Assembly (NCBI GenBank): GCA_964016885.1
Contig: OZ024743.1
Location: forward strand, 309,876,001-309,940,000
Direction: 5' to 3'
Length of the DNA: 64,000 nucleotides
DNA from: Eledone cirrhosa
Lineage: Eukaryota
The notes under the pieces: model-generated
What the model was told of the DNA's origin: nothing
Seen by the model: the letters and a program-made list of their open reading frames with translations, nothing else
Databases searched by the model: none
Part shown: positions 16,002 through 29,786 of the stretch, one piece after another
Layout of the letters: each line of letters begins with the position of its first letter
How positions within the stretch are numbered: the first letter of the stretch is position 1
Program-made: the position numbers and the translations under genes

Positions 16002-19000
16002 GTAACAAATATGACCCCGACGGCAGAGTTCAAGCCGTTTCGACGGCTATTTCTGGACTAAATAAGAATGTTTAACCTGGTAAATAAATACCCGATCTTC
16101 TCAGGGGTATTTATTACCTTATATGGGAAGATAGTAATTGTCAAGATGATTGGTAAAAAAAGTGTTGTAAAGACAGATCATGGTATTTGGTGGGAGGTTG
16201 GAGTGACTGAACTTGCCGGCAGAACAAAGAGGGGGTGGGGGAAACCCAGAGAAGCGTTGAAATTGAAATCTATACAGCAGATTCTAAGGATAAAAGGTCG
16301 AAAAAAATGTACTGGAGAAGAGGAGGCTGGGGTGGGGTTGAAAGAATAGGTAAATCGAAAGTAGTAAAAAAACAAAACAATAATAATCGGCAAGTGGGGT
16401 ATCAGCCCTTGTCTACCCCCCGGTCATTATGGGGTTTGACGGTGAGGTAAGTCCTACGCAATCTGTGTTTGCATGCGGTTATCAGTTCCTCTTTCTTGTT
16501 TAGGAGTTGGTCCTTCGAAAACAGCATTTGTAATGTTACACGGACGGCGACCTCCCGTGTAAGATTTAGCTCTGGACAGTAAGCTCCAAGTGAGATTGTA
16601 GGTTATATTATTATATTTGAGGTCCAACATGTGGTCCGAAAGTGTAGTGGTATGTTGCCGGACCGGGTTTCGGAAAGTATGTCGGTGTTTGTAGAGCCGG
16701 GTCTTGAAGTCACAAGCGGTTAATCCTATATAAGCTTTGTTGGGGGTGTTCGTCCTCACGTTGCACTGGTAGATAACATTACGATCTCGGCATCTGTTGT
16801 TGAGGGGGCACATTGGGTCTATCAGGACAGTTACGGCCGGCTCTCCACTGGTGTCTAGGTTATTTCTTCCATAGGGGTGAGTTTTTTGTTGTTAGAGGAG
16901 GTGATGTTTTGTGCGAAGTTAGGTGTGGTGCTGTAGGAGAGTTTGATGGTATTTTTGTTTATTATGTTGTGGTAGCGGTGGTGTAGTAGGAAGTATTTTT
17001 CGAGGAGCCTAAAGAAGATTTTCCCGATAGGTGTTGTCACCTCGGCATTGTGGGGAGGATTGAACCATGTTACGTGGCGTGAGCGGCGGTGTCGCTTGCT
17101 GGTTCCGCTAATGGAAGCTGGATAATAGGATATTTCCTCCCGGAAACCACTCCGCTTGAAGGCCTGATTGTAATAAGGCGCATGTTCGTCGAATATCTGC
17201 TCATTAGCGGACAAACGAGATATGCGGAGGGAGATGTTTCTAGGATGGTTCGTTCGGCGGTGGATGTAATGCAGGTTGTCGTTTGGTTTCCTGTATCTGT
17301 AGTATAGATCATTGTCAAGGTTAAGGGTGACGTCCAGAAAGTTTACTCGGATTAGGGACGTTTGTATGGTTATTTTAAATCCCCAGTCCCGGAAGAAGCT
17401 GATTAGTTGTTTACGGACCCGGTCTGTACTACTGGGGTTGTACCCTTTGAGGGTGAGGAGCCAATCATCGCGGTACAATCCACCGCCGAATACAGGAAAC
17501 ATTTCGGTGAGTTTAACTAGTAGGAATAATCCTATAAGATCTGTGACCTCAGCCGAATCCGTCGCGCCCATACTGACGTCGAAGGGCGAGTCAGGAGCTC
17601 TCTTTATCCATTTGGAGTTGTCGAAAAGTAGGACTATCTTCCTCGTGTGGAGGATGATATTTCTTTCCTGGTCGGTGATGGGCGTGAATGTTTCGGCAAA
17701 GTCCAAGGCGGTCGTAAGGAGCGGTAAGGTAATTGATGCATAGTAACTCTCTATGTCAAACTGGATGAATTTTGTGTCTCGTTTGTCCTCCATATTACTG
17801 AACCATGAGATTACTTCCTGGGTGTTGAATCAGGCTAAGTCTCGCGTTTTGCTTAACTTTTGGTATATCACGGTCTAGGATTTTTTTACTGATTCTCCCT
17901 ATGTCGGACTTCGTTGGGTTTATAAGCCTGATGGATGGTTTGCGGTCAAAGTCGGATTTGTGGTCCTTCAGTGTGAAGTAGGGAGTCCTTGGGTCTAGGT
18001 GTTCAGTGCGGTCGGCGACCCCGAGGCTGGAGATAATTTGTTCGTCCATCTCGATTTATGTCCTCGATACTTGAATGGTTAGCCTTTTTATAGGTGGAGT
18101 TTAGGCTGCTCCTGATCAGTGTGTGCTATCTGTCGTTGTTGACGAAGTAGAGGTTTCCAGTTTTATCCGAGTGCACCATGATGTCGTTGGTGTTTTCATA
18201 CTCTGTTAATTTGCTACGCAGTTTTTGTAGGAATCTGTTGTGTCTGAGTTTGAATTTAATTCTCTTGACCAGTTGGAAAATGTCGTTCTCGAAGGGTGAG
18301 AGAATAGGGTTCAGAGGGGGGGGGGGGTTGTAGGTATTAAATCCGAATCTCTCCTTGGTATCGAAGTCCTGATTATCGCGGTATCTGTCGTAGAAAAAAA
18401 TTCTCCATCTTAGTCTTTTCGCAAAGAGGTCGATTTTTGGCGTGTGCATCCGAAGGTAAAGTTTTCTCGGTGGAACTGGGATGTTCTTGGTGGAGAAGTC
18501 GATGAGCTAGGCGGAAAAGTCTGGATATGGCAGGGTAGGGTCGGAAAGTGCTCTACTACGGAGATAGGAGCTAGATAACGAAGGAATTGTGGTAAGGAAC
18601 CAGATGGACCATGATGCACCAAAGTACTCAATACTTAGGGTAGTAGAGTGGGTAATAGGAACAAGTAGGACCCCGACGGCAGAGCTCAAGCCGTTTCGAC
18701 GGCTATTTCTGGACTAAATAAGAATGTTTAGCCGGGTAAATAAATAGCCGAACTTCTCAGGGGGTATTACCTAATATGGGAAGATAGTAATTGTCAAGAG
18801 GATTGGTCAAAAATTTGTTGTAAAGACAGATCATGACATTTGGTGGGAGGTAGATGTGGGTGAACATTTGGTTGCTGCTCCATTTCTGTGGTTTCTAAAT
18901 TTCTTAGTGGTATTTTTGTATTAGTATTTTTGTATTAGTATTAGTATTTTTGTAGTAGTATTTTAGTATTTTTGTTCTCAACTTATTAACCTGTCATTGT

Positions 19001-19631
19001 AAGAAAGCATTGGCTGATTACTAACTATCTATAGCAGCGGTGTTAGACCCCCTGTAAAGCTGGCTTTATAAAATTCTTTCACTACAATCTCGTATTTAGT
19101 ATTTTTCCCATTCTCCACCTACTAAAAATTTTTCTATAGCTGAGCAGTACCAATGAGAAATTTGGTGATTGTAGAAATGGAGCAGTAACCAGCAATTGTT
19201 TTTATATATTTATTTCCTTATTTTTATAATGTTTCTTTTTTGTTTTTTGTTTGCTCCCTTTCGATTTACGTATTCTTTCACCCCCTCCTCCTCTTCTCCA
19301 GTACACTTTTTTCGACCTTTTATACACTATCCTTAGAATCTGCTGTATAGAGTTCAATTTCAACGCTTCACAGGTTTCCCTCGCTCCCTCTTTGTTCTAC
19401 CGGCAAGTTCAGCCACCTCTACCTCCCACCAAATGCCATGATCTGTCTTTATAACAAATTTTTGACCAATCCTCTTGACAATTACTATCTTCCCATATAA
19501 GGTAATAAATACCCCTGAGAAGTTCGGGTATTTATTTACTAGGCTAAAAATTCTTTAGTCCAGAAATAGCCGTCGAAACAGCTTGAGCTCTGCCGTCGGG
19601 GTCATATTTGTTCCTATTAGCCACTCTGCTG
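16002..19631 (-). mobile_element. Near full-length Naiad-type PLE (pLTR-ORF-pLTR, 16002-18860) followed by an inverted + copy of its 3' UTR/pLTR (18870-19631)
   Basis: The direct repeat 16002-16210 / 18655-18860 flanks the ORF. HHR-like motifs lie at 16014-16108 (-), 18670-18765 (-) and 19511-19602 (+). Confidence 0.9.
16454..18530 (-). pseudogene. PLE RT-GIY-YIG ORF, frameshifted
   Basis: FSTKNIPVP..KRLRWRIFF, HSDKTGNLY, TLKDHKSDF..RLINPTKSDIG, FIQFDIESYY, MGATDSAE..GGLYRDD, WFNPP, CPLNNRC..VIYQC..YIGLT. Confidence 0.93.
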
Positions 19632-19851
19632 CAGCAGAGTGGCTAATAGGAACAAGTATGACCCCGACGGCAGAGCTCAAGCCGTTTCGACGGCTATTTC
19701 TGGACTAAAGAATTTTTGGCCTAGTAAATAAATACCCGAACTTCTCAGGGGTATTTATTCCCTTATATGTATATATATATATAACGAAGGAATTGTGGTA
19801 AGGAACCAGATGGACCATAACGCACCAAAGTACTCAATACTTATATATATA

Positions 19852-22310
19852 TAGTTATGTAATAAACAACATAAGACAATTATTTCATTTACCAGTGGTT
19901 TCTTGAAGATACATATCTATGATATGGATTATTCAATCAAAAATATTGCTATTCCTTCCAACATCACTTAGACCAAATTATTAATTGACAAAATTGAATA
20001 AGTCATAAAAAGAATGATATGGAAGGTGATGATTTTTGATGGACAATTCTGTGCTGGTTCTAATGACTACTTTGATATTAAATCACGCAAATACCCCCCT
20101 AGAGTTAAAGATATTGCCCACTTCGAAATAGACCTAGTTAACATGATTAATGAATTAAATTTCTGTAAGTACAACAACAATTTTCAATCCAAACTCATTA
20201 ACGACATTTCTAATTTTAAATGCTCTACTTTCCTGTTTTCTGACAAAACCAAAAATCATTATGAAGTAAATAACAGATAGCATCATTGCTAAATACCAAA
20301 AAGCTAATGTTAATACTTATAATATCATTAACAATGAAGCTAAAGTCCTAGCTAGTACTTTAAAAATTGATAACCGAACTGAAAGCCTAGTCAAACCGAA
20401 AGAAAATATTACTCTTAAAGACCATAAATCAGACTTTACTAATCGACCTAGTTGTAGACTAAGCAACCCCGCTAAATCTGAAATTGGTCTTGCGAGTAAA
20501 AAAATCCTAAGAAATATAATACTTCAAATAAGAACTAAGACTGACTTATCCCAATGGTTAAATACTTCCTCTGTTATATCTTGGTTTAATAATATATACA
20601 AGGAAAAAATAAGTGTAGATTTACCCAATTTGATATTGTTTATTTTTACCCCTCTATCACAGAATCCTTATTAATTTTGCTAGACTTTTCATTAATATTT
20701 CTAAATTGGAGTAAGATGTTATCTTACACTACTTTTCGCTAAAGAAGGTACTTGGGTTAAAACATCAATCCCTGAAAACTCTTTTGATGTCTCTATGGGC
20801 TCATATGATAGCGCGATTTAGTAGGATTATTCCTCCTCCACACCCTTAAAGAGAAATGTCCTTGCCATAATATCGGTTTATACCGAGACGATGGTTTTGC
20901 AGTTTCTCATACCACCAACGGCCATAACCTTGATAAATTCCGTAAATCAATACCTTTGCTAACCTAAATCTAAAAATTACTATAGATACGATTCTTACTA
21001 ATACCAACTTACTCGATACCAATCTTGACCTATTTACTGCCTCTTTTATACCCTATCATAAATCCAATGAACATTTAAGATATATACACAAAGAGTCTTG
21101 CCATCGCTCTATAGTCTTTAGAAATCTCATTCCTAAAATTCGTCGTAGGATCTCTACCTTATCTTCATCTCTAGATATTTTTAATAAAGCTGCTCCTTAT
21201 TATAGTAAGGCCCTCAAAAACAGCGGCTTCACCGAACAAATCAAATATTTACTTACTCCCCTTTCTAACACTAAACACCATAACAGGAAAAGAAAATTTA
21301 GATGGTTTATACCACCTTTCTCTATAACTGTTAAAACTAACGTGGGAAGAAAATTTCTCGAACTCCTAGACAAACATTTTCCCCAAAATCATAGATATAA
21401 TAAGATATTTAATAGAAATTTAGTTAAATCAGCTTGAAATCTGTTGCTGCCCATCAATGAAAACTAAAATCACCAACTCAAATGTACCTAGAGGAAATCC
21501 AGGATACAGCTGCAGGAAACCTGAAGACTGCCCATTACAGGGTAAATGTAACACCAAATCTATTGTATATGAGGCCAAGTTGACACCGATTATTAATAAC
21601 CAGCTAACCAGACGCGAGCGATATGTTGGCCTGACACAGGTCAGATTTAAAACCAGGGATTATGCACACGTCGTTTCATTTAAACACCCTGAAAACATCA
21701 ACGGCGCTGGCAAATAAAGTGTGGGAGTTTAAAGACAGAAACATTCTATTGATTGGTCAATTTTAGACCACTCAAGAAAATGCCTGAGGGGCACAAATAA
21801 ATTTTCTTTGTGTAGAAGGGAAACATTTAGAATTCTTCAAAACCTGAAAACCCCTCCAACTTGCCTCAATTCTAAGACGGAGACCTCCAGAAGTTGTCGC
21901 ACCTGAAATCGCACCTCCTTTTTAGCTGGATTAATACACCAACGATCACTCAACCACCTTGCGCACCCTCTTTACATATTAACCCTTCCACTCACTACCA
22001 ATATCATCACTTTAAGAACACTACATCTTAGCCAGTCCATTATATAAACATACTTTCAACCAATATATACATTTTTCTCCCTCATGTTTATTTATTTATT
22101 TCATAGGATTTATAATTAACCCCTTTTTTGCTACCATACATCTAACTCATACACACCCACCACCTTCATTCTGTACTCTACTTTTAGCCATATCACTTTA
22201 TAACCACATACCTTTATCGAGACCTAAGTACAAACATATACTTTCCACCACAATTTATACACCTCTTTTCTCCCTTACCTGTTCATTTTATTTTATTTTA
22301 GATATACTCC
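19852..22310 (+). mobile_element. Full-length but decayed Naiad-type PLE of another family (ORF about 19924-21930), with an inverted 3'-end fragment at 19852-19921
   Basis: MDYSIKNIAIPS..KRMIWK, SDKTKNHY, TLKDHKSDF, QFDIVYFYPSI, FDVSMGSYDSA, GLYRDDG, SCRKPEDCPLQGKC..IVYEA..YVGLT. It has many stops. Confidence 0.9.
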
Positions 22311-22531
22311 CCCATGTATTTACATACCCACCATTTTTTAAAAGTATACTCACATATGGTTCTATGTGGGCTCATGTGGGTGCAGACATATCTGTACATA
22401 CATATATATGCATATATATATGTATGTTGTATATATATATATGTATATGTGTGTGTGTGTGTTTGTGTGTGTTATGTATGTATATCTATGCATAACTGTG
22501 TGTGTGTATGTACTTATATATATGTATATAT

Positions 22532-22586
<55 letters not shown>

Positions 22587-22977
22587 ATTATTTGTATATC
22601 TATAATTATATGGATCTGTGAGTATAACCTTACCCATATTAGTGTCCCCATTTGCGTATATATGCTTACCTTATATGTGCGCGCATGTGTGTCTGTGTGT
22701 GCATATATACACCTACTTGCGTGTATGAGTGTGCATATATAATATGTTTGTCTATATATATGTACACACACGCACACGCGTATATGTGTATATATGTATA
22801 TATATATATGTATATGTATGTATATATATGTGTGTGTGTGTATATATATATATGTGTGTGTGTTTAGATATATTATTGTGTGTGTTTGTGTGCGTGTGTG
22901 TGTATGTACATGTGTTATGTCCCCACACATATTTCGTGTACTTGTATTTGCGTGTGAACGCATGTACATATGTATAT

Positions 22978-23059
<82 letters not shown>

Positions 23060-23200
23060 TTTAGGTTTGTTGGTTCACCACTGGATAGTATTGGTCATTC
23101 CGTATGGTCAATCTTGGTGTAATATTGTGGAGACTACTTAACGTAGTGCAGTCCATCCGTCTTCGTTTGTGTAGTTGGTGTTGCGAATACGGAGTTAATT

Positions 23201-24849
23201 ATAAATAAAATAACAGGAGGCTGGACTGGTGTAAATCCTTGAAAGGTTTATTATACTATGATCATTTCAATGATCGGGTTCCATATGAATCCGGTGATGT
23301 CATCAGGTATTGGAATATAACAAAGTAATATGTAAAAAAAAAACCTAGGTCCGAAAAATCAGAGACAGAGACAAAGAGGGCGACTGACGAACTAGTTGCT
23401 TTCACCTCGGCCAGTCGCCCTCAAAGTGATGGCAACTCGAACTACTAATGACCATCTGGTGACGGGGGCGAAGGCTTATAATGCACTACCACCTCTCCGT
23501 CAAAGAAAAAGGGGAAGAAAGAGAGAAAGGAAGAAAGAAGAAAAGAGGAAGAAAGAAGTCAGCTTAAGGGTCACACTACAGTCATGCTAGAAAACGCCGC
23601 GAAAAATGCTAATCCAAAGAATCTATATTTAACGAAGGCATATATAATGGGTGTCTGTATGGTCTAATGTGTGAACTGAAAATTGGAACGTTAAACTTAT
23701 GTTACGAGTTATAAGATGAAATTAAATTAAAAAACATTAAATTGCAAAATGATAAATTGAAAAATAAATTATTAGAAAATTAAAGGTTAAGGTGGCGAGA
23801 TTTATATAATGAACTTACAGAGAGAGTCTTATAATGAAAAGTTAATCTCGATAAGATATCAGGATGGGATATAAAGTAAAGATTTCGATTGTGAAACCCA
23901 GCCAGCACCCCTAACCACTAGTCAGCCAGTTACGAGTGGTATCGTCCAGCGAAAGAAATGGAAATTAATTTTTCCGAGTACTCTAGGTACGTAGCTACCT
24001 TAGGCCCCGGGAGTGCTAGCGGGAAGTCTACAATTTCGACAGGCCGTAGTCTATACCAAACGTATATTATTAATTCACACATGAGGGCTTTATTTACGTG
24101 CCAGTAGAGGCATGATACAGCTAACAGTTATGCCTAAGCCTGGAGTTTATAGGTATAAGTATAATATGGCGGCCAAAACAGGTGCTGGCTGGGATTCACA
24201 ATCGAAATCTTTACTCTATATCCCATCCTGATATATTATCGAGATTAACTCTTCCATATAAGACTCTCTCTGTAAGTTCATTATATAAATCTCGCCACCT
24301 TAACGTTTAATTTTCTATATAATTTATTTTTTCAATTTATCATTTTGCAATTTAATATTTTTTAATTTAATTTCATCGTATAACTCGTAACATAAGTTTA
24401 ATGTTCCAATTTTCGTTTTCGGTTCACACATTCTTTGGATTAGCACTTTTCGCGGCGTTTTCTAGCATGACTGTAGTGTGACCCTTACGCTGACTTCTTT
24501 CTTCCTCTTTTCTTCTTTCTTTCTTTCTCTCTTTCTTCCCCTTTTTCTTTGACGGAGAGGTGGTAGTGCATTATAAGCCTTCGCCCCGTCACCAGATGGT
24601 CATTAGTAGTTCGAGTTGCCATCAATTTGAGGGCGACTGGCCGAGGTGAAAGCAGCTATATGGTCAGTCGCCCTCTTTGTATCTGTCTCTGATTTTTCGG
24701 ACCTAGGGTTTTTTTTACGTATTCCGTTGTCATATTCCAATATCTGATGATATCACCGGATTCATATGGAACCCGGTCATTGAAATGATCATAATATAAT
24801 AAACCTTTCAAGGATTTACACCAGTCCAGCCTCCTGTTATTTTATTTAT
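23201..24849. mobile_element. Long inverted pair (23201-23909 / 24181-24849) of an HHR-terminated element
   Basis: Arms are about 670-700 bp. The hammerhead ATAT-CTGATGA(24744)..ACCGG/CCGGT..GAAA-TGATCA-TA-ATAT is on +, with its mirror at about 23255-23310. Confidence 0.85.
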
Positions 24850-24860
24850 CTCTCTCTCTC

Positions 24861-24915
<55 letters not shown>

Positions 24916-25359
24916 ATAATAATAATAAATTTGAAGACTAAAATCCAAAGAGGGCTCCATAAGGCTAAATATATATCAAGTATATAAGAACCGTAGAGCA
25001 AATATTTCTTTATTAAAATAACAGATTAAAGTTTAAGCAAAGAATCGCTTATTTCACCCTTAACGGTTTCGAAAGCAGCGATTCATTGCTTAAACTTTAA
25101 TCTGTTATTTTAATAAATAAATAAAAATATATATATATATATATAAACTTATGTGCATGTACGCGCATGTATTTGTATGGGTATGTATGTATGCGGGTGT
25201 GTGTTTGTACGTATGTTATGTCCTCATCCTTTTTTTGCGTGTACATGGATGTGTGGGTATGTCTGTGGCTATTTATGTGTATGTGTATTTATATATGTAT
25301 ATGTATATATGTGCATATATATTTATGTATATGCTTGTGTATGTATATATATATATATT

Positions 25360-26520
25360 CTAGGGCGGGTAAAATTCCCGAGATCCATGGACGAGTTCTC
25401 TCCAGCGGTCTCTGTCCCTCATTATCGCTGCCATGTTCTGCGTCTCCAACAGACCAGTGTCTGTCCTTAGGGCATCAACATACGTTAACCTTGGTATTCC
25501 TCTCCCAGTGTGTCCATGTAGGGGCTCCCACAGGAGCACTGAGTGCAAAGTCAACTCTGGATTTCGGTGAGCACGTCCAGCTAACCCCAGTCACCTCTGT
25601 GTCACTCTTGAGCTGACGTTTGGGCGGCTCCCATACAGCTCTGAGTTTTTCATCCTCAGTGTATACTGATTAATGTTCAGAGCCATCCTCAGCATTCTCG
25701 TGTAGCACTCATCCACCATCTGAGTGAGTTTCTGGGTCAGTGTCCAAGTCTAAGACCCGTACAGCAGCACAGACTCCGCTACAGCAATGAAGATGCGGAT
25801 TTCCAGGTCTTTACAAAGGTCTGACTTCCACACCGATGTCAAGCTGTGGCACGCCGCCCAGGCTTTGCTCCTCCTCTCATCCACATCATCTTCCGTATTC
25901 CCAATCTTTGCTCCCAAATACAGGAAGTCCTGAACCAATTCTGAGACGGAAGATCAACCACCAGTCACATCCTGATGCTAAGGAGGATATTAGAGGGAGC
26001 TAGAGCAAAGTGCCTTCCGGCGGTCATGGTTTTCATTGACTTTAGGAAGGCCTTTGATTCTGACGACCGTCACTGCCTGATGAAGATCTTATAGACTTAT
26101 GGAATCCCCAAGAAGATAGTGGACCTGATATCACTGCTCTACACCAAAACCAAAGCCCAAGTCATTATACCTGATGGGATGACAGAGTTCTTTGAGATAC
26201 TGGCTGGAGTGCTCCAGGGAGATATATTGACTCGCTACCTTTTTATCATCGTAGTGGGCTATTGTATGCGCCTTGCACTGGAGAAACACCAGGACTCTGG
26301 CTTTACTGTAGCACCGGCTCAGAGCAGGAGAGTTAAGGCGAAAAAGATATCAGATGCTGAATTTGTCGACGACATAATTTTGGTGACCAATACAGTGAAG
26401 GAGGCAGAGGATTTGATGCAGAAGGTTGAGACTATGTCAATGAGTGTGGGGCTGAGAATGAATGACACTAAAACAAAATATCTGGTAGAGAATGTTGAGA
26501 AGCCAGAGGGGATCACTAAT
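25360..26520. mobile_element. RTE-like LINE fragment with 5' inversion: 3' part on - (25360-25945), RT core on + (25960-26520)
   Basis: The + part reads FIDFRKAFDS..YGIP..GVLQGDIL..FVDDI..GLRMNDTKTK. The - part reads VQDFLYLG..AWAACHSLTSVW..ESVLLYGS..LLWEP..GRG..TYVD. Both outer ends abut TA runs. Confidence 0.85.
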
Positions 26521-26531
26521 ATATATATATA

Positions 26532-27526
26532 CTAGCATTAAAGCCCGGCGTTGCTCGGGGTCATAAAGTTACCAAAGTTAGGTTGCACCATCCATTTTAT
26601 GGCAGCACTTTTTTGTCTTCCAGGCACTGGGTGAATGAATTGCAGACCTGGAAGCATGAGCTGCGCCAGCAGTGACAATTGTAGTTTCGCCTATGGATAT
26701 TATCTGTGCAAAAAAGTGTTGAAATGTATTGTTTCACAGTACTTGCGCAACACGCGCGTAGACGATGCCAGCCGAACAACAGATCTGCGATGGAGTTGTT
26801 CTGCATGGTTGTCTGTGTGTTTTCTAAATTTAAGACAGCAGGGAGGTTTGTGATATGAGGGAGAGTTAGCTGTTGTTTCTAGCAGGTTTAGTGACCTCAT
26901 AGAGGATATGTGTTTTCTAAATTTAAGACAGTGGGGAGTGGTGTGATATGGGGGAGAGTTAGCTGCTGTTTCTAGCAGGTTTAGTGACCTCATAGAAGAT
27001 ATGTTTTCTAAATTTAAGACAGTAGGGAGGGGTGTGATATGGGGGAGAGTTAGCTGCTGTTTCTAGCAGGTTTAGTAACCTCATAGAGGATATGTGTTTT
27101 CTAAATTTAAGACAGTAGGGAGTGGTGTGGGGAGGGGTGTGATATGGGGGAGAGTTAGCTGCTGTTTCTAGCAGGTTTAGTAACCTCATAGAGGATATGT
27201 GTTTTCTAAATTTAAGACAGTAGGGAGTGGTCTGAACGGACAGTATCACCATCAAGCTTGGAAAGAGAAAGTAGCAGTAAGTATGAAGTTGTATAGATTT
27301 TGAATGGTAGTAGAAAGAGTTGAGCAGTTTAAATGAGAGAGAAAAATCGTAAAATATTGAGTTTTATCTATTTTTTTGCGTAATTGTGGGTGAAATTGAA
27401 AAAATTATCTGCGTCAAGGCGCAATCGAAACTATTTCGAATACTGAATTGTAAATTTCAATTGAAGAAATTCTATATCGTAGATTTCTATAACAAAGGAG
27501 CATGACCACACACTGAGCTTTATAGA
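26532..27526 (-). mobile_element. Non-autonomous Helitron
   Basis: The minus-strand 3' end is a hairpin CCCGAGCAACGCCGGG, then 8 nt, then CTAG|T. A candidate A|TC 5' end lies at about 27526. Confidence 0.7.
26815..27232. repeat. Minisatellite of about 93 bp, about 4.3 copies, inside the Helitron
   Basis: TTTCTAAATTTAAGACAG occurs at 26821, 26914, 27005, 27098 and 27203. Confidence 0.9.
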
Positions 27527-28117
27527 TTATGATATACATATTGTGTGTGTGTGTGTTTGTATGTATACGTTTATGTGTGTATGTGTATTTACGTATTTTT
27601 ATATATATATTTATATTTATTTATTCCCCCCCCCCCCCCCCCCCCCCCACACACACACCTTTCGTTGTCATCACGTCCCTTTATCCTTTTATTTATATTT
27701 ATATATTTTTTATTTTTTATTTTATTTATTCATATCTGTTCCCCAACTACCTCCCAATGTACCTTGTAGTATCATGCCTCTACGTGTGATTAAGCGTAAG
27801 TGTACACGTGTGTATCTGAACTTTTGTACGTCTGTGTAAATGTGCGTACATAGGCAGATGTGCGTATGTATGTTTACACATGATTGTATGTGCTTGAGTA
27901 GATATATGTATGCGTGCATGTATGTATATATATGTACACATATATGTATTTATACATATTTATATGTATATATGTGTACGAGTATGTATAGATATTTGTG
28001 TATGTGTGTATGTATATATGTGTATATATATATATATATACTGAACAAACGAGCAACATGTGTGCATGTATGTATATATACATACTATTGTACGTCTGTA
28101 TACATATATGTATGTAC

Positions 28118-28179
<62 letters not shown>

Positions 28180-28531
28180 TTATATATATATATTTATGTA
28201 TATATGTATGGAGAGATGTGCATGTGTATATATATTTATACGTTATTTCTGAGTATCTGTGTGAATGTGCGCCTGTGTGTGCGCATATGTGAGCATAGGA
28301 TCACACGTTTATATGTGTATTTTTGCATTTCCATGTAGACGCACATATACTTATGTGTGAATGTATACGTTTACGTACTATTACGTATATGCGTATATAT
28401 TTGAGTATGTGTATGGTTATGTTTTGGATATTTATTTATATATTTTTTCCACTCAAATTTTTGCCCGTTATTTTATTTCAACCTCACTTTCATTTATCCT
28501 AAACTCTGTTTTCAAATCCATATTAAATACA

Positions 28532-28602
28532 TATTATTTTTCTGATGAATGAAAACAGACATAAATATCTGTCTTCAAGAAACCACTGGTAAATGAAATA
28601 AT
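28532..28602 (+). ncRNA. Type I hammerhead ribozyme at a PLE 3' end
   Basis: CTGATGA(28542)-aTGAAaACAGA..TCTGTcTTCAa-GAAAC-CACTG-GTA, with an AT-rich stem I. Confidence 0.7.
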
Positions 28603-28685
28603 TATCTTATCTTGTTTATTACATAACTAAAAACCTCTGTAGTCTACATAGAGGACGCTCTTTTCCTTTCCTCCGGAATTACTTC

Positions 28686-28754
<69 letters not shown>

Positions 28755-29666
28755 CATGAAAACGAAAAATCAGTGATGCATCTGGACTTAGTCTATTTCG
28801 TGTTACAAATGTTTCGCCGGCATGTAGCTGGAGTCATGGTCCTTGTATGGATCTGGGTGATTCTACTTCTGCTGGTTCTTTCAGACACGGCTGTTATGTC
28901 CGGAGCAAATTGTATCACTGGGGTGTTGTCATTAAAACAACCCCTCAAAAAACCTTCATTCCACTTTTGTCATGCCATTGGCTGTTTTTACTCCACGTCA
29001 TCACATGTTCTGGTCAGTATCTGCTGGCACACGGTTCATCAACCATTTTCCGTCCGACATATTTCAATGGAGTCATGCTGGGTTCAGTACTTCACACGTC
29101 TACTCACACTTCGGAGTAAGCACCCACACATACTAGAATAAACACATAGTAACACACTATGAACACATAGTAGCACACTGATGAATATCGAGTGCTAATT
29201 TTGGCATACCGCCTACGGAAGCACCATAGCTACCACTATACACAAATATATGTATATATATATATATATACTGACGTAAAATTTAAGTGGAAATATTCAA
29301 GAATAAGAGCACTCAGTCCATAGAACGAGTTTAGTATAAATAATTACAACAGTAATATAAACAGGTACTCATGTTTCCATCAAATGGCGTATTTTGCCGC
29401 CTTTGTAATTCCGATAAATGGTGAATACTCTCATAATTAGCTTCGGATAAGCATTGCCTCAACACAAGGCTCAATTGCTTTGGTGGTTGTTCCCATGTGA
29501 ATAATTATATTTTAGATAAATGGCTTACGCCTGACTAATAGAACTATTAGATTAGTCACAATTATAACTCCAGATAGACTTACTTTCCGAGAGTAATTCA
29601 GTGTTAAGAAACCAAATTTGGAAATATTTCAGAACTGTGGCAATACCTACCATACACACATACAGT

Positions 29667-29786
<120 letters not shown>

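Noticed and set aside
17070-17743. Alternative-frame and antisense ORFs over PLE, LINE and transposase remnants
   Set aside because: They are shadow ORFs of the real coding frames.
23201-24849. MITE or foldback DNA transposon reading of the long inverted repeats
   Set aside because: The arms end in hammerhead-bearing PLE-type 3' ends and no TSD was seen. Equivalent arms elsewhere are attached to RT/GIY-YIG sequence.
26815-27232. Repeat-protein ORFs, or a retrozyme
   Set aside because: It is a simple minisatellite inside a Helitron, and no hammerhead core was seen on either strand.
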